Source: Rhodosorus marinus CCMP1338 (taxonomy: Eukaryota > Plantae > Rhodophyta). From it: a stretch of DNA of 248,000 bases. A model generated the notes under the pieces. It saw nothing but the letters and a program-made list of their open reading frames with translations. It was not told where the DNA came from and did not search any database. This document shows, piece by piece, positions 87,201-99,501 of this stretch. A program made the translations under genes and the position numbers. The stretch is taken from the NCBI GenBank assembly GCA_029953675.1, contig JAMWBK010000001.1:1260001-1508000 (forward strand), in the 5' to 3' direction. Numbering within the stretch: position 1 is the first letter of the stretch; every line of letters begins with the position of its first letter.

Positions 87201-87990
87201 TGCAATTCCTGGACGGTGCTCAACGATCAGCTTCACAGTGGGAGCGGGCAATGGAGCGGACTTTGGAGACACCGAGTTGGTGACCACTGTGGATGGGGAG
87301 GCGGTTTGTATGGATCAGAACTTTTCCCATCGCGACGGAGCGAGGACGTTCTTGTGTAACGTGGAAGGAGGGGAGGAGCTGAAACTTGCGGCCATCCGAG
87401 GAGATACTAGTGGTGCAATCATTGTCGGGGAGGCAGAGTTGGACTGTGCTGTCGGAACTCGGAAACCTGTGTGTGAGATGACCTCAATTCCCAGCAACTT
87501 TCGGGTTGGGGACACAATCGAGTATGCGGGGCAAGGCTACCGTTTCAACGGAGCAGAGCTACCAGGGAGCGCACTGAGCTGGGATATCACGCTTGTCCAT
87601 TGTGAACCGGAATGTCACGACCATCCGGAGGTCAGAGTAGAGGGCAGGAAGGGTGGGAGCTACGATGTTCCCGATCACGGCGACTACTTCTTTATCAAGA
87701 TCGACTGCACAGTAACGGACATGGGTGAGGTGTCTAAGAAATCGACGAGTGTGCTTCCGGAGACGGCTTTAATTACGGTGGAATCCGTGCCGACTGGGAA
87801 GCTCGCCACCGCCGACGGCACGAACGGCGAGACGCCCCTGTTGAAAACGGTGGTCGTGGGCTCAACGTTCACCGTGGATGTGGACCCAGTGGCTTTCGGC
87901 ATATGGTCACACGACAACACTCTCGGTCCAACTTTTGACTATCTTCTTGAGAGTGACACCCCGTTAGTCTTCACTGCTAGCTACAACTAA
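84205..87990 (+). CDS. Secreted multidomain GSDH/NPCBM protein, copy 2
   Basis: Colinear with 36755-40540; HTMAG, GLRNPW, LVHCEPECHDHP. Confidence 0.8.
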   Translation: MDAHVFAVVLVALVLQRTGVGATLTKVDFEDAPVVGSIDGLPTDFAFLPPGQTDRILVTGYRGTVQVVVRGAVQEKLFLDERVSQAELDSWTGYPRLWDRGLAPEYRSVAVDSDFQNHPYVYLAYFHYIERVRRTPPQGFVVRYRVSNDLSEAIRSSKRFILGGYVSGNCTQISTTEDTICITAPDHTMAGLLADPQGRVWISVGDSAFWDDFDRPNAMRAQDVDTLYGKVLRVNRSGKGLPSNPYYDGSPDSNRSKVMVLGLRNPWNIHWDAELDTPWVSDVGEATLEEFNLVQPGANYGWPCMEAELDRFQFGIFNECVDLFNNVPPSSGASYVGAKVGPKLSYSHEEGTAITAALRVNIEGWPDAFNNGVYYSDYSGNWIRYVKVDDVGNVVSAPLEFATGVPGPINLRPGSDGCLYYLALASSQIGRICYRENNSPPEVVGIVPPDGFTGAARSTLVEVAVSKKVTAESAQASIVVVETVSEVVVAGHVEQDEVRNILTFVPNEALKEDAEYTVTVSALIDLKNLSMIGEVTSTFFTGRGFVQYVSDLALAVDPTPEAVYRDTAINGVTPIFIRGRRFRKGLSFVPVVRVGVQVPSGCTSIEGFYGMDDTARWIVAGAVIFTIAVDGSIVYDSAADGLGFPSRKVDPATFFSMDVESGSTLTLGGDFGGRHENQEDNRGAWADVRFRCGNIDSRAPKIESIDPGDGSTTSIDVVIRIVFDEVMNYNTVLQAVSIASVDGRRIPWLPVESTEPRLFALELESLEFDTTYVVSVSKTAIDVSGNRLEEDVQWSFATEFPPATGEKLQFLGDLTPKRSRGGVSFNGFPRRLSPGVQIYENGLGMQANAMVSYDLGGLACTRLKGLTGKDAAARGDSGACRLRVFSGANREASRMRVDRYPRAAQRSRGLSVGLGGDSYLEIKLSAGGDGGQAKDLCDIARARVECDGVDIYLTELTPLSERGVVERNRSAVQLPLQLLRSSMTFETGIVIPAGAEVTYAIPGRCSTISFTVGAGNGADFGDTELVTTVDGEAVCMDQNFSHRDGARTFLCNVEGGEELKLAAIRGDTSGAIIVGEAELDCAVGTRKPVCEMTSIPSNFRVGDTIEYAGQGYRFNGAELPGSALSWDITLVHCEPECHDHPEVRVEGRKGGSYDVPDHGDYFFIKIDCTVTDMGEVSKKSTSVLPETALITVESVPTGKLATADGTNGETPLLKTVVVGSTFTVDVDPVAFGIWSHDNTLGPTFDYLLESDTPLVFTASYN

Positions 87991-88454
87991 AGCCGACGGT
88001 TCAGAATTTTTTCCCAGATGTGCGATAAAAGTTGCGCTGGCGGGGCTCAGCTGAATGCCCACGTGAACCCAGCTACTATCAAAAAAGGCTTCTATGATTC
88101 TGGAAAGGCAAATCCATAGGCTGATTGCTAACGATGAATCCAATCAACAGAGTGATAGGAGTTACTGTACTCAGACATTGGGTGCTGGCAGCGAGCTAAC
88201 CGTGTACCACCAGTACTAACGGCATGGAGATGGCTGTCAGAATAGAGGATTGTAGTTTGTAAATACCAAATGGGAAACATCGTCCAGGCCGCCTGGGTCA
88301 GATCATATGTTTGCACGCATGTTCCAGAGTGAACGTTTCCGAAGTCCGAAGACCGCGGAGCAAAATTTTCATATAAAGACCAATATTTGACGTGAGCATA
88401 CCCAAAGTGGACGGAGAATGAGAACATCCACTTCGGGTATGCTCAGTAAAGTCC

Positions 88455-91400
88455 ATGTGTTCGTTTACGGGAAGCGCTTCCCTGGTACGCCTTCCCCTCG
88501 ATTTTCCGCGGGGCGTCGTTTGCATTTGCAAGTACTTCTGTCTTCCGGGTGGGTGTGTTGCGGGGCCTTTCCTATTTGGGTTGGGTTTGGTCGATTATTC
88601 TCTCGGTGCGGTTTCATATTGGTGGTGCAACGTTTACTTTGCGCATTCCCTCAGGATGGTAGGGATATCTCCGCGCTCGACGGAGCCTCCTCCCAAGGAG
88701 GCACTGCCAGGTGGGGGACTCCGTGTTCGCATCAGCTGCGACACCTTTTCTTCCGAGGTTGACTTGGAAGGCGCTTCTGGCACCCAGGCGCGTGCACTTA
88801 TCTCCGCTGTCACCAGCCTGATCACGGCTGCGAGTGATCGTGGAGTGCTCCCTCAGCTCACCCAGAAGCTAGGTGGGCTGGAATCGGGATTGCTGGCCAG
88901 GTCAAATTCAAATTCGGACGAGAATTTGAATTGCCCCAGAGTGGCAGCGTTGGCTGAAGGCAGTCAACATCAGGTCAATCAACATGAACCTGTCCCGGGA
89001 CAGGCGAGGGTGGTTGCTTCTGCGCGGGACAGTACGACGTTGGGGAGCGGCAGGCCGGGCCAAAACGCGCTTCAGCGCTCGGGGACTCGAGGCAATGGTG
89101 GTGGTGACTGTGCGGCAACCGGTGTGGAGGAGACTGCAGCTGTGGACTTCCCTCTCTTGGACCAGCACTCAGGTGGTCACCAGCTCCCGGCTACTGCGGG
89201 GGCACGTGGTGGCCGCAAGGGGGGCGCTTCGTACGCATCAGTCTTGCGAAAGGGCACCACTGCCACACGTACGGCGGCTATGCTCCGTTTCATACCATCT
89301 CGCGAGCCTCAGGATGGACCTGTGGAGACCACTCTCCAATTTCTGTGGGTGCGAAATGTCCGGCCCCAGACTACACGAGGACAGGTTCCGTCTATGCGAG
89401 ACTTCCGGGACACTTTTGCGGAATCCTTAGGGTGCAGCCGGGGTGATTTCTTCTTCGCAAACTATGAGGGCCGCGATGTGCTGTTTTTGGTCTCCGCAAC
89501 CGCCGCCAAGTACCTGGAGGCCTTGCTGGCGAATCCTACCGAGCAGTGGCCTGAGGGCGCCAGGTGGCTGCGCTGCAACCCGCAGGTGGTTTTGCGCTTG
89601 GATTTTGACCGTTTCTCGGGCAATTTCCTGTCTCCGGGAGAAACGGCAGGGCTCTCTGAGCATGAGAGCAGCGTGAAGGCGGCAGCGATCCATTGGCTAC
89701 GGTTTCAGCGCCTTGAGAGGATCTTGTTGGAGCGGTTCCGGTCGGGCCCTCGTCACCTGCGCATGGCGGTGTCCAGCTTCTTCGATCTGGAGAGGCGACT
89801 TGTGCTGACTTCGCGCTACCAGACAGAGCTGCAGCGGGTGGAGATTTTGGAGGGCTCTGCTTCCAGCACCACTTCCAGCGAGAGTGGTGAGGCAGGGGAG
89901 CAGACTGAGAGCATGGCGGTGGAGGACGCCCAGGTTACTTTGCTGAAGCCCGCGGGATCCGTTCCGCGAGCCTCGCGGAGTGGGCGGCTCACGACTTTGG
90001 TGCGGATAGGAGGTAAGAGAGCGAGGACCGACTCCCCCGGGTCTAAGGGGGAGAAGCACGATTAGCGCTCCAGGCACGGCTGCGAGGTCGCAGCCTATGG
90101 ATCTACAGTCTTATGTCCTGAAGGAGGGCGGAGACTGGGGCATTTGGCGTACGCGTTTTCGGAGTTTGCTCCGGCGGTGGATTTCTTTGGAAGGAGGCTC
90201 GCTTCCCCTCCGTGGGGGCATTCCCCCAGTCGTCCTCCCTCGTGGAGACCTTCTAGTAGCTGGAACCATTCTCGATTTCATCTTCACGAGCCTGGCTCGT
90301 GAAGATTCGGGACACAGTCATTTGGGTTTTTCTGGGGGTCATGCCGCTCCTGATTCTGGCCCCCATTCAAACATCGGAGCGCAGATGGCGAGTACGAGAC
90401 CGACTGGCCCTGTTCTTGAAGGGAGACTTCGAAGTACTACAACGCAGCTATTTGGCGACGTCAGCACCATCCGCCCGTCGGACTCGGCATGGCACAGTGT
90501 CGCCCGTGCCGGCTCGAGTACAGAAATTGGTTACAGTGGGCGATTTAAGTCGAGCGGCGCGGATTTTGGAGGGCCAGGCGCCTGTCCTCCCCTACGATGA
90601 TAGTCTCACCCAGACGGTGTCGTCTTTGTTCCCTGAGTCCGACGTGGACTTGTCCCCTGAATTCGAGGTATTCTTGGACCGTCAGGAGTTGGCCAGGTTT
90701 CGCATCCATCTGACGCTCAGTGAGTCTGACCTGGATGATTTGCTTCGTACCTCGCGTCGGGGACGCTGTCCCGGACCCTCCGGACTAAGAACAGAGCTAT
90801 TGCAGGCCCTGAGCCAGCCTGGCCAGAGCGCGCTTCTGAGGATCCTTAACAAGTTGTTCCAGGGCGTATCGGGTGCGTGTGCGCCATGGGAACATCTCCG
90901 GCAGGCACAGCTTTGCTTGCTCACGAAACCTGACCACCAGCCGGCCCACCCGCGTCTCCGGCCGATCGGGATGGTGGAGAGCCTACGGAAGTTAGCCGGG
91001 AGGTGGCTGTGCCAGCGCCTTCGCCAGCGCGTCACAGCTTTTATGGCGCCCTTGCAAGTAGGGGTGGGATTTTCTGGGGGTTGCGAGCTGATCAACCATG
91101 GGATCGAGCTAGAACGCGCCAGTAGGCCGGAGTGGGGAGTCTTGGTGGTTGATTTCCGGAACGCATTCAACAGTGTGTCGCGGACGCATGCGCTAGAGGT
91201 GCTCCGACGGGTGTTTCCGGAGGCGTGGCCGTTTCTATCGGGTATTTACGGAGGGGAGAGCCTCCCCTACTTGACAACGGAGGGCACTGTTTTTCAGGCA
91301 CATACTGGCGTCCAACAAGGCGACCCTTGCGGACCTCTTCTTCATGCCTGTGACCTACAGCTCGTACTATTACGTCTTTCGACTGAGGTCTCGGATCTTC

Positions 91401-93117
91401 GAATCTGCGCGTACCACGATGACGTAACATTGCTGGGCACCCCTGACACACTGGCTAGGGGGCTGAACGAGATCGAAGCGATTGCACGTCGCGTCGGTTT
91501 GACTGTGGAAACAGAAAAATGTCGCTTTCTCCCCCCGAGGGACGTGTCGCTGGCCTCTCTGCCACCCACTCTGCGACTAACCAGCGAACGTGAAGGGTTC
91601 GAACACCACGGCGTCGGATTAGGGACTGACAACTTTGTCCAAGCATCCTGCGAGCGAGTTTTGGCACGGCACAAGCAACTCACCGACGCCCTTGAGCACC
91701 TACCCGACAGCATGCTGCAATCGACCTGCTTGCTTTCCCGCTTTTGTGCCAGTCCCAGACTCAACTACTGGTTGCGCAGCCTGCCTCCAGCTTGGGGCTC
91801 GTGGATCGCGGCTAAAGCCGACGAGATGACCCTGCAACACTGGGGAACGCTCTTGGATGAGCCCCTCGATCTTGAAGCTGCTCCCGACAGGGACTTGATT
91901 CGTGCACAGATCGCTCTACCGTTGCGAGTAGGGGGATTCGGCGTCGCAGACCGTGGGCTGGTATGCTCGCCAGCGGCGGTTGCCTCCTGGGCTACCGCGC
92001 TGCAAACGTTGGTGACCTTCCAGATACGAAGTGCCTGCCTCTTGGATCGAGCTTTGACCAACGAGGATCCAGTGACCCTGCCGCCCCCGCTTTTGACAAT
92101 TTATGATGGTCTTCAACACGCGTTCAGGAGGTGCAACGCCGTGCCGGACGCAAATCGGTCCCGCTTTCGTTCCTGGAGGGAGCTGTTATGGGGACGAGCT
92201 GAAGCGATTGAGGATTCTCCCCTCGACCAAGTTCTTGCCGATGACGGAGAGGCTAGCCCCGGGTCACCTGTTGCAGACTACTCGGTTTTAAGCCGATTGT
92301 GGAGCTCCCGCACTGATGTGATTCAACATAGCCTCACCTGAGGCCAACACAGTGCCGCTCACACAGTCATGCTCAATTCTCCTCTCACGCCGCCTACCAC
92401 TGCCGCTCGTCTCCGCGGCATGGGAGGCCACCTCTCGCACTTGTGGTTAACCACTCTACCGTCGTCATTGAGTCATCGTCTCGATGCTTTCCAGTTCCGT
92501 TCTGCCGCACGGATCTATCTCGGTTTGCCACAGGCTCCGTGGCACTCTAATCGGCCGTCTTTCTGTCAGGGATGTGAGAGCCGGATTGACGCTTGTGGCT
92601 ACCACTTCCTGGGTTCCTGCGGACTGTTGAGAGGTCTCCGTACGAGGCGTCACACTCGCCTCAAGTACATCCTCAGCGAATTTTTGACTCGGATAGGGCA
92701 TACGGTTGAGGTTGAGTCGGAGCTGCGCAGATCAATCTCGGACTCTGCACCGCCCCGTTGTATAACCGATCTCCTCGTCTCCGACGCTGCTGCCAGACGC
92801 TCAACATATGTGGACCTCGCGATTACCTGCCCCGTGGCCAGCGCCCACCTCACCGCAGCCGCCCGCCGCCGGGGGGCCGCGGCTTCAGCCCTTCGAAGAG
92901 TTAAGGAACGACGGTATGCTGAGAGCATGGCCAGTCTGCCTTGCGCTGAGGGTCGCTCTCACCGGTTCCAGCCATTCATTGTGGAAAGCTTTGGTCACGT
93001 TGATAAGTCGGGTTTAGAGTGGTTGCGGAAATGTTTTGCTGAACATCCTACTGAATATTTGGCGCTCTTGAGGCGTTTAAGTGTCTCCCTTTGGCGATAT
93101 TCCAGCGACATGCTTTG
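88455..93117 (+). mobile_element. Near full-length family A copy (frameshift ~90299, stop at 92341)
   Basis: ORF1 and ORF2 colinear with 42495-47301; 3' end replaced by a family B insertion. Confidence 0.9.
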
Positions 93118-93725
93118 CCTGCTCGCTAGTTGCCCGACGGTGAAAGGTGCTCGAACCCGCCGCCATACACGGATCTTGAACCTGTTATACCGGGAACTTC
93201 GGCCTATAGTCCGGCAAGCCGGTCTGGAAATCGAACGTGAGAAACCTTTACCCGTCGCGGACTTTCAAAATGATGAACGCCGTGTAGCCGACCTGGTGAT
93301 CACCTGTGACGACAGCCGCCGTACCACATACGTTGATCTTGCTGTTCCTAACCCTCAAGCTAGTCGTTATCTCCCGGCTGCGGGGGAGCGCCGTGGATCT
93401 GCCGCCGCCAGCATGAGACGCCGCAAAGAGATCAAATACGCGGGGGCTTTGTCTTCCCCTGGTGTTCGTGCTTCGGCACTAGCCCATCGCTTGGTACCCC
93501 TGATCATTGAGTGCTTTGTGTTCATGGACTCTGTTGGTTCTCGCTGGCTTCGGGAGTTGTTCCGCGAACGCCCTGACCGTCTTCAATCGTTGTTTACCCG
93601 CTGAAGTTTCCTGCTGTGGCGCATGAATGCCGCTTTGATATTGGAGGCGCGAGTTCTTCGCCGCACTTAGTCTTTTTTTCCCCTCCGGGTTTTTTCTTTC
93701 AGCCTCCGATTAAACCATTCGTTCG
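93118..93725 (+). mobile_element. Family B 5'-truncated copy inserted in the family A 3' end
   Basis: Junction ..GACATGCTTTG|CCTGCTCGCTAGT; B tail at ~93720. Confidence 0.85.
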
Positions 93726-95067
93726 CTATTGCGTGGAGCCCTTCGCAACTGCTCTGGCTTTGAATCGCTGAAAAAAACCGCCTAGGGCTTGCTTCATATG
93801 GAACACAATTCTCGATTGAAGAATTCCCCCCCCTCCCGCCCCCCCCCGCGGGATTTCTGACCCAACGGATTCCGAGGCTCCTGATTGCATCACCTGGGCA
93901 CTTTCGCACTCCTTCGCGCGATCTGACTTAATCTTTCTCACCCTTGAGGAGTATTAGGTTTGAAAAGTCATGATCGCTTCCCGCAGCGCTTCTTCCACCT
94001 CGCTCTTCTTCGTGACCGCGAAGAGCGAGGTCCAGCTTGCTGTCTCGCCTACAAAGACCGCGAGGTATCTTTATTTCCCCATACCAGTGGGGAACGGACC
94101 ACAAGAATCCGTATGCAACATCTCACTGGGTTCATCCGCATGAGTGACTACTTCAGGGTGCCTGCTGTTATTTTGGCCTTCGTGCAGTCTTCCCAGTCCC
94201 CGCCTCTTGCTACGACGTCGGTTATCCCACGTCTGGACAAGACGTCCAAAGCCTCTTCTCCCAGATGTCCCAATCGACGATAGACGATCTCTCTGGGCTG
94301 TCGCCTGTTGCCCGCGATATTTATCAAAGTCGATACATAAGGGGTGATCTCACGGCGAACTGGTCGTCCGTTCCAAGTCGACAAATCATTAGTGAGACGT
94401 TACCTTTACTTATTACTAATTCTTCGGGACCTTCGCTATGAAGTCGGAAAGTCCCTAACCGAAGATAGACTATAGACTACTTCAGGAATATAGTGGGATT
94501 TTGCTAACATAGCCTGATGCGCTACGGAAGACGCAAAAGTGGACGTCCTTCAATATCATTTCCGCGCTGAGCTTAGCGGGAAAATAATGTCGCCCTTGCC
94601 AACGGCGGGACTATGAGAATCGTTCCCGAAGTAAAATGGAGTCGGATGATCTCCTTGTAATTCTTGAGATACTTCCTCTCGTTGCAGACGTGATCCGTGC
94701 AGCCACTGTCAAGCCAGAAGTTACTCTCAACAGGGATAACTTCTTCTCGCAGCGAACTCGCACAACGAACTTCCATCTCCCCGGAGGGCACTCCCTCTTA
94801 AAGCGCCCTTCTTTTCCACATCTCTAACAGGTTGGCCTCTGCACAACCTGTGTCGCCAAGGCCCTTGTCGTCCGGGGATTTTCCTTCCTCCTGCTGCCAA
94901 GCCCCATCACGCTCCAGTAGCTCTCCAGTTCCCTCACTGTGCTCCCCACGTGAGTGGACTCGAGGCCCGCCACTGTAGATAGACGAGCTCCTGGAAGAAT
95001 TGCATTCCTTCCGAACGAATGGTTTAATCGGAGGCTGAAAAAAAAATACCCCGAGGGGAAAAAAAGA

Positions 95068-98000
95068 CTAAGCGCAGCGAAGTACTCGCGCCTCCAACAT
95101 CAAAGCGGCATTCATGCGCCACAGCAGGAAACTTAAGCGGGTAAACAACGATTGAAGACGGTCAGGGCGTTCGCGGAACAACTCCCGAAGCCAGCGAGAA
95201 CCAACAGAGTCCATGAACACAAAGCACTCAATGATCAGGGGTACCAAGCGATGTGCTAATGCCGAAGCACGAACACCAGGGGAAGACAAAGCCCCCGCGT
95301 ATTTGATCTCTTTGCGGAGTCTCATGCTGGTGGCGGCAGATCCACGGCGCTCCCCCGCAGCCGGGAGATAACGACTAGCTTGAGGGTTAGGAACAGCAAG
95401 ATCAACGTATGTGGTACGGCGGCTGTCGTCACAGGTGATCACCAGGTCGGCTACACGGCGTTCATCATTTTGAAAGTCCGCGACGGGTAAAGGTTTCTCA
95501 CGTTCGATTTCCAGACCGGCTTGCCGGACTATAGGCCGAAGTTCCCGGTATAACAGGTTCAAGATCCGTGTATGGCGGCGGGTTCGAGCACCTTTCACCG
95601 CCGGGCAACTAGCGAGCAGGTGGGCGCCAAAATCTGCGTTGTCTTCAGTCTGAGAGCAGAGAGGGCACGACGAACCCATCTCGTACGGCCAAGGGGGCTG
95701 ATGTAAGCCGAGGTATAAGCGCAGTGAAGTACGCACTTCGAAATCCGACAGTGTGAGTGGCGGAAAGGCTGGTACGGTCATGAGCCACTGAGAGCTAAGA
95801 ACCCCTCCAAGACTACGTAGGCGGGCGCGAGCGCGAGAAGATGAGACCATCTGCGCGAGGAGTCGGCCATATGCAGCACGGTGCAAGTCCCAAGAAAGGA
95901 TATTTTGCAGCGCATCCGTGCGTGCTTGAGCTCGGCTCCCAGCGCGCTGGGAATCATCAGGAGGATCAACTGGAACTTCTTCTTCTGCGACAACTACTGG
96001 GTCAATCTCCCCTAGAACAGGTTCAGGCGCAGGACGAATCCCCGGGGCGGAGCCTCGAGAGCGGTCAAATACAGCTCGCCAGTCAGGAAGACGGGGTTGA
96101 ACGGTTTCGGGGAGACTAGTACAGGAATTCAGGGCGGTTTGGAGCTCCAGAAACAAGTCTTGGGCGCTTTCCGGTACGCTGGGAAGCAAAACACCCCGCG
96201 AGAGGCTCGCCATCAAATTGCGGAACTTCGAGATACCCAAGCTGCTCAAAGTGGGAAGTGCGGTTCCCCAGGCCCCTACTGCGGCTGCAGGTTGGACCAC
96301 AACACGATTGCAGAGGCCCAGTCCCCCCAATCGCAATGGGAGGCCTACCTGGGCGCGCACAACATCACAGGTGGGTCGCGGCAGAGCGCTCAGCTCTTCA
96401 TCGAGAAAATACCCCAGGTCACGGAAACTTTCAGCATCCGCACGAGTGGCCAACCACCGGCCCCAATGAGTTGGAAGTGAGCGAAGCCAATAGGTTAACC
96501 GCTGACCGCAACAATACCGAAACAGCAACAACGAGCACTGGAGAAAGCCCGGAGGTAGCCGTCGAAGCTCTGCAACCAGCTGTCTGTGCTTACCGAGGAG
96601 CTGCAGCAACTCGCCTTCAACGAAGGACGGCGACCCGTAGGGGATGCCTAAGTGGACAAAACCATCCGGTCTCCAAATATCCTGGAACGACGCAGGTACC
96701 TGCTGCTCTTGTGCAGCTACACCTCCCCAGTAGAACGATTTGTGATGATTAACCTCCAGGTCAACCCGTGAAGCCAAGGAGCGGAGACGATCATAAGCGA
96801 GCGCTAGAGTATCAGGGGGCCCCAGGAGGCACACGTCGTCGTGGTATGCAACCGTACGAACCTGCGGGAATTCGGAGCGAAGACAAAGCAAGACGAGTTG
96901 TAGTCCACAGGCATGTAGGAAAGGGGACAAGGGATCACCCTGTTGTACCCCTGTGCGCGCCGCAAACGTGTGTGAGGAAGCGCCAAGGGTGTCATAGGTA
97001 GCCCCACGACCAAGGGGAGAATAAAGTCTACTAACAGAGGGAAAGCCTACAGGGAAGACTTCGCGCACCACGTGCATGAGAGCCGGACGAGAGACGCGGT
97101 TGAACGCATTGGTAAAATCTACAGAGAGGAGCCCAGAATCTGGGAGTACGCCATTTCCGAACGGAGTAAAACAGACAACAACTCACAGCCACCACGATAG
97201 CCCACGCCTAACTGCACGTGCCCAAAGAAACGGCGGGATTCGGGAACCAGGATTTTCACTAACCATCGCGCCGCCAATTTGCGGACCACCTCAACCAGGC
97301 CAATAGGGCGAATAGCAGGGCTCGAGGCCGTGTGGCTGGGCTTCGAAAGCAGACACAACTGCGAACGCCCGACCAAGAACCACGCACACTCACACAGGGG
97401 ATCACCATTCACAAGCGCTTCGACCACCCACGCCAACGCCTTCAAACCTTCATCACTTAAGAAACGGAGATATTCCACCCGCAGCCCCGAGGGCCCTGGG
97501 GAACGGCCCTTCGGAGCATCATGAACCAACTCACGCACCGCCTCCAGATTGACCACTAACCGCGCACTGGGATGTGGCGCGGCGCGGTACTCTTCCAACA
97601 CTGATTCAAACGAGGAGTCCCAAGGGGAGCCTTCCGAGGGAAAGAGCAAACGGAGCGGTGAAGAAAGATCATCGGAGTATGGAACCACAGGTTGCCGCTG
97701 CTGGAGGATCCCGGCTGCCCGCCGCAGATCACCGCCCGCCACCGCGTGACGCGCCCGATTCTGTCGAGAAGCCCTAAAAGCTGAGGGAGCACTAGGAGAA
97801 AAGGAAGAGAGAGAAGCAAAATAAAGACGTTCGAGGTCCTCAAAGTCGCCGGAAAGGAACATTTGCAGTTTTCGGCGAGGGTGGACCCGGCGAGGATGTG
97901 GGTTGAGGGGGACGGTAGAGGAGGTGAGCACGAGGCGGGGAAAAAAGAACAAGAGTTCCCAGCGAAGAGAGCAGTGAGGGTTCGCGGCGACCTGCTGCCA

Positions 98001-98210
98001 GAGAAAATCCAACACCAATCCTAGGGGCTTATGAAGTCGACGAGGGAGCCGTACGGCCGTGCTCTGACGACAAAGGGGAAGGGAACCGTCCGGGTAGGAG
98101 GCGACAAGGTGCGAAAACCACGAGAGGACACGCTCATGCCAGGCTGAGCGGTCACTGGTAAACAGGGGTAACCGGGACGACACGCACGCGGAGGAGGAAG
98201 ACTCAGACAT
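95068..98210 (-). CDS. Family B ORF2 (RT + Zn knuckle + RLE), frameshifted once
   Basis: IRPIGLVEVVRK, VDFTNAFNRVSR, GVQQGDPLSPFL, AYHDD, ADLVITCDD..YVDLAV. Confidence 0.88.
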
Positions 98211-99501
98211 CGGGCCTCCCCTCAGTCGGGAAGGCAGATCGAATATCCGGAGGAGGTGCCTCGGAGGGAGGCTCAGGAGCCGCACGACGCTTACGTGGGG
98301 GGCGCACGAAGGAACTAAAAGACCTGAAGAAAGTAGACACAGGGTTTTCAGCAGCGGAGTCTTGACTGAGGGTGTCCAGAGCCAGCGGATTCGGAGAGGC
98401 CGATGGTGCTCCTGCCATGTCGGTGTCACGAGCCTCGGAGACAGGGTGAGGGGAGGAAGGGTGCTCAAGAGTCGGCGGCAGAAGGTCAAACGCAGGGTGG
98501 GCTTCCAGCAGGGTGGCCTCAGTGGAGAGGAAGGCCTCTAGCGCGGTGCGGAGGACCCCGCGAGGAGGAAAACGCGCGAAGAGGCTCGCCTGTATGCGCG
98601 AAAGCCGCGCCGCATGAGTGTGTAGCGCGACAACCGAAGCCTGCGAGGCATCCAGGTTTTGCAAGGCCGACGGAGGAACCCAGCCGGCGTCAAAACGATC
98701 GAACTCGACAAACAAAGAGACATGAGGACGAGTCAGTATCATGTTGGCCAGAGCAGAGCGCTGGGGCGCGGGGGTGGTTACAAGCGATTGAAGGAACTGG
98801 TAAGCCGAGTCAGTAACAAGAAAACAGGCATGAGGGCCCGTGAAGTCCACATATAGGAATTCAGATGGGGCGACCCCAAGGGAGGAAGCCATGGTGTCGC
98901 GAAAATCGCGGTAGTGGACGGGCGCGCGGCCCCGACCACGAGAGGGGGTCTGGGGACGCACGTTCGTCATCCAAACAAAGTGGAACGGAGATAGTTGGCG
99001 AGAAGAGTCAATAGGGATGTGTTGTGGCATCATACGCACCATTGCCGTCGTGCGTTGTTCAGGAGAGCCCCTGCGCAGGACCTGCGAATAGGTCGCACGT
99101 GGGGCACTGGAGGGAGCAGGATTCGGGCCCGACGCGGGCCCAGGAGGCGTCTGTCCTTGAATAGGGGTAGGCCAGTCGGAATCAGGAATGACCGGAGCGG
99201 AGCGCTCGGGTCGGGTGGAGGCAGGCCCCGCTGTACCGTGCGGATCCGCGGGGACGGGCACCGGGGGGTATGGGGCAGGCGCGGAGGCGGAGAAGCGCTC
99301 CAAATAGGCGATCAGCAGGGGAAGGCGGTGTTCCTGGGAAGCAGTCACAAGAAGACTCGTCAGTTTCGAGCAGATCCCATGGGCCAACTCGTCAGCGCAG
99401 TCCGTGAGGGTGGCCGCGGTACTAAACCCGCCCACGCTGAGCTCCACACGCGCTGAGAGAACGGCTCCGTCCGCCGGAATGGGTGGGGAAACCCCAACCA
99501 T
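98203..99501 (-). CDS. Family B ORF1
   Basis: MVGVSPP start; YSQVLRRG, FVWMTNVRPQT..RDFRDTMASSLG homologous to family A ORF1. Confidence 0.75.
   Translation of the reverse strand: MVGVSPPIPADGAVLSARVELSVGGFSTAATLTDCADELAHGICSKLTSLLVTASQEHRLPLLIAYLERFSASAPAPYPPVPVPADPHGTAGPASTRPERSAPVIPDSDWPTPIQGQTPPGPASGPNPAPSSAPRATYSQVLRRGSPEQRTTAMVRMMPQHIPIDSSRQLSPFHFVWMTNVRPQTPSRGRGRAPVHYRDFRDTMASSLGVAPSEFLYVDFTGPHACFLVTDSAYQFLQSLVTTPAPQRSALANMILTRPHVSLFVEFDRFDAGWVPPSALQNLDASQASVVALHTHAARLSRIQASLFARFPPRGVLRTALEAFLSTEATLLEAHPAFDLLPPTLEHPSSPHPVSEARDTDMAGAPSASPNPLALDTLSQDSAAENPVSTFFRSFSSFVRPPRKRRAAPEPPSEAPPPDIRSAFPTEGRPDV

Noticed and set aside
92369-93604. ORF with two RLE domains
   Set aside because: In-frame accident of a truncated family B copy inserted in a family A 3' end, downstream of a stop; not treated as a gene
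97130-97150. Single-base frameshifts in otherwise intact elements (also ~164280, ~230350)
   Set aside because: Fall in or beside short homopolymer runs and may be sequencing errors; not interpreted as programmed frameshifts
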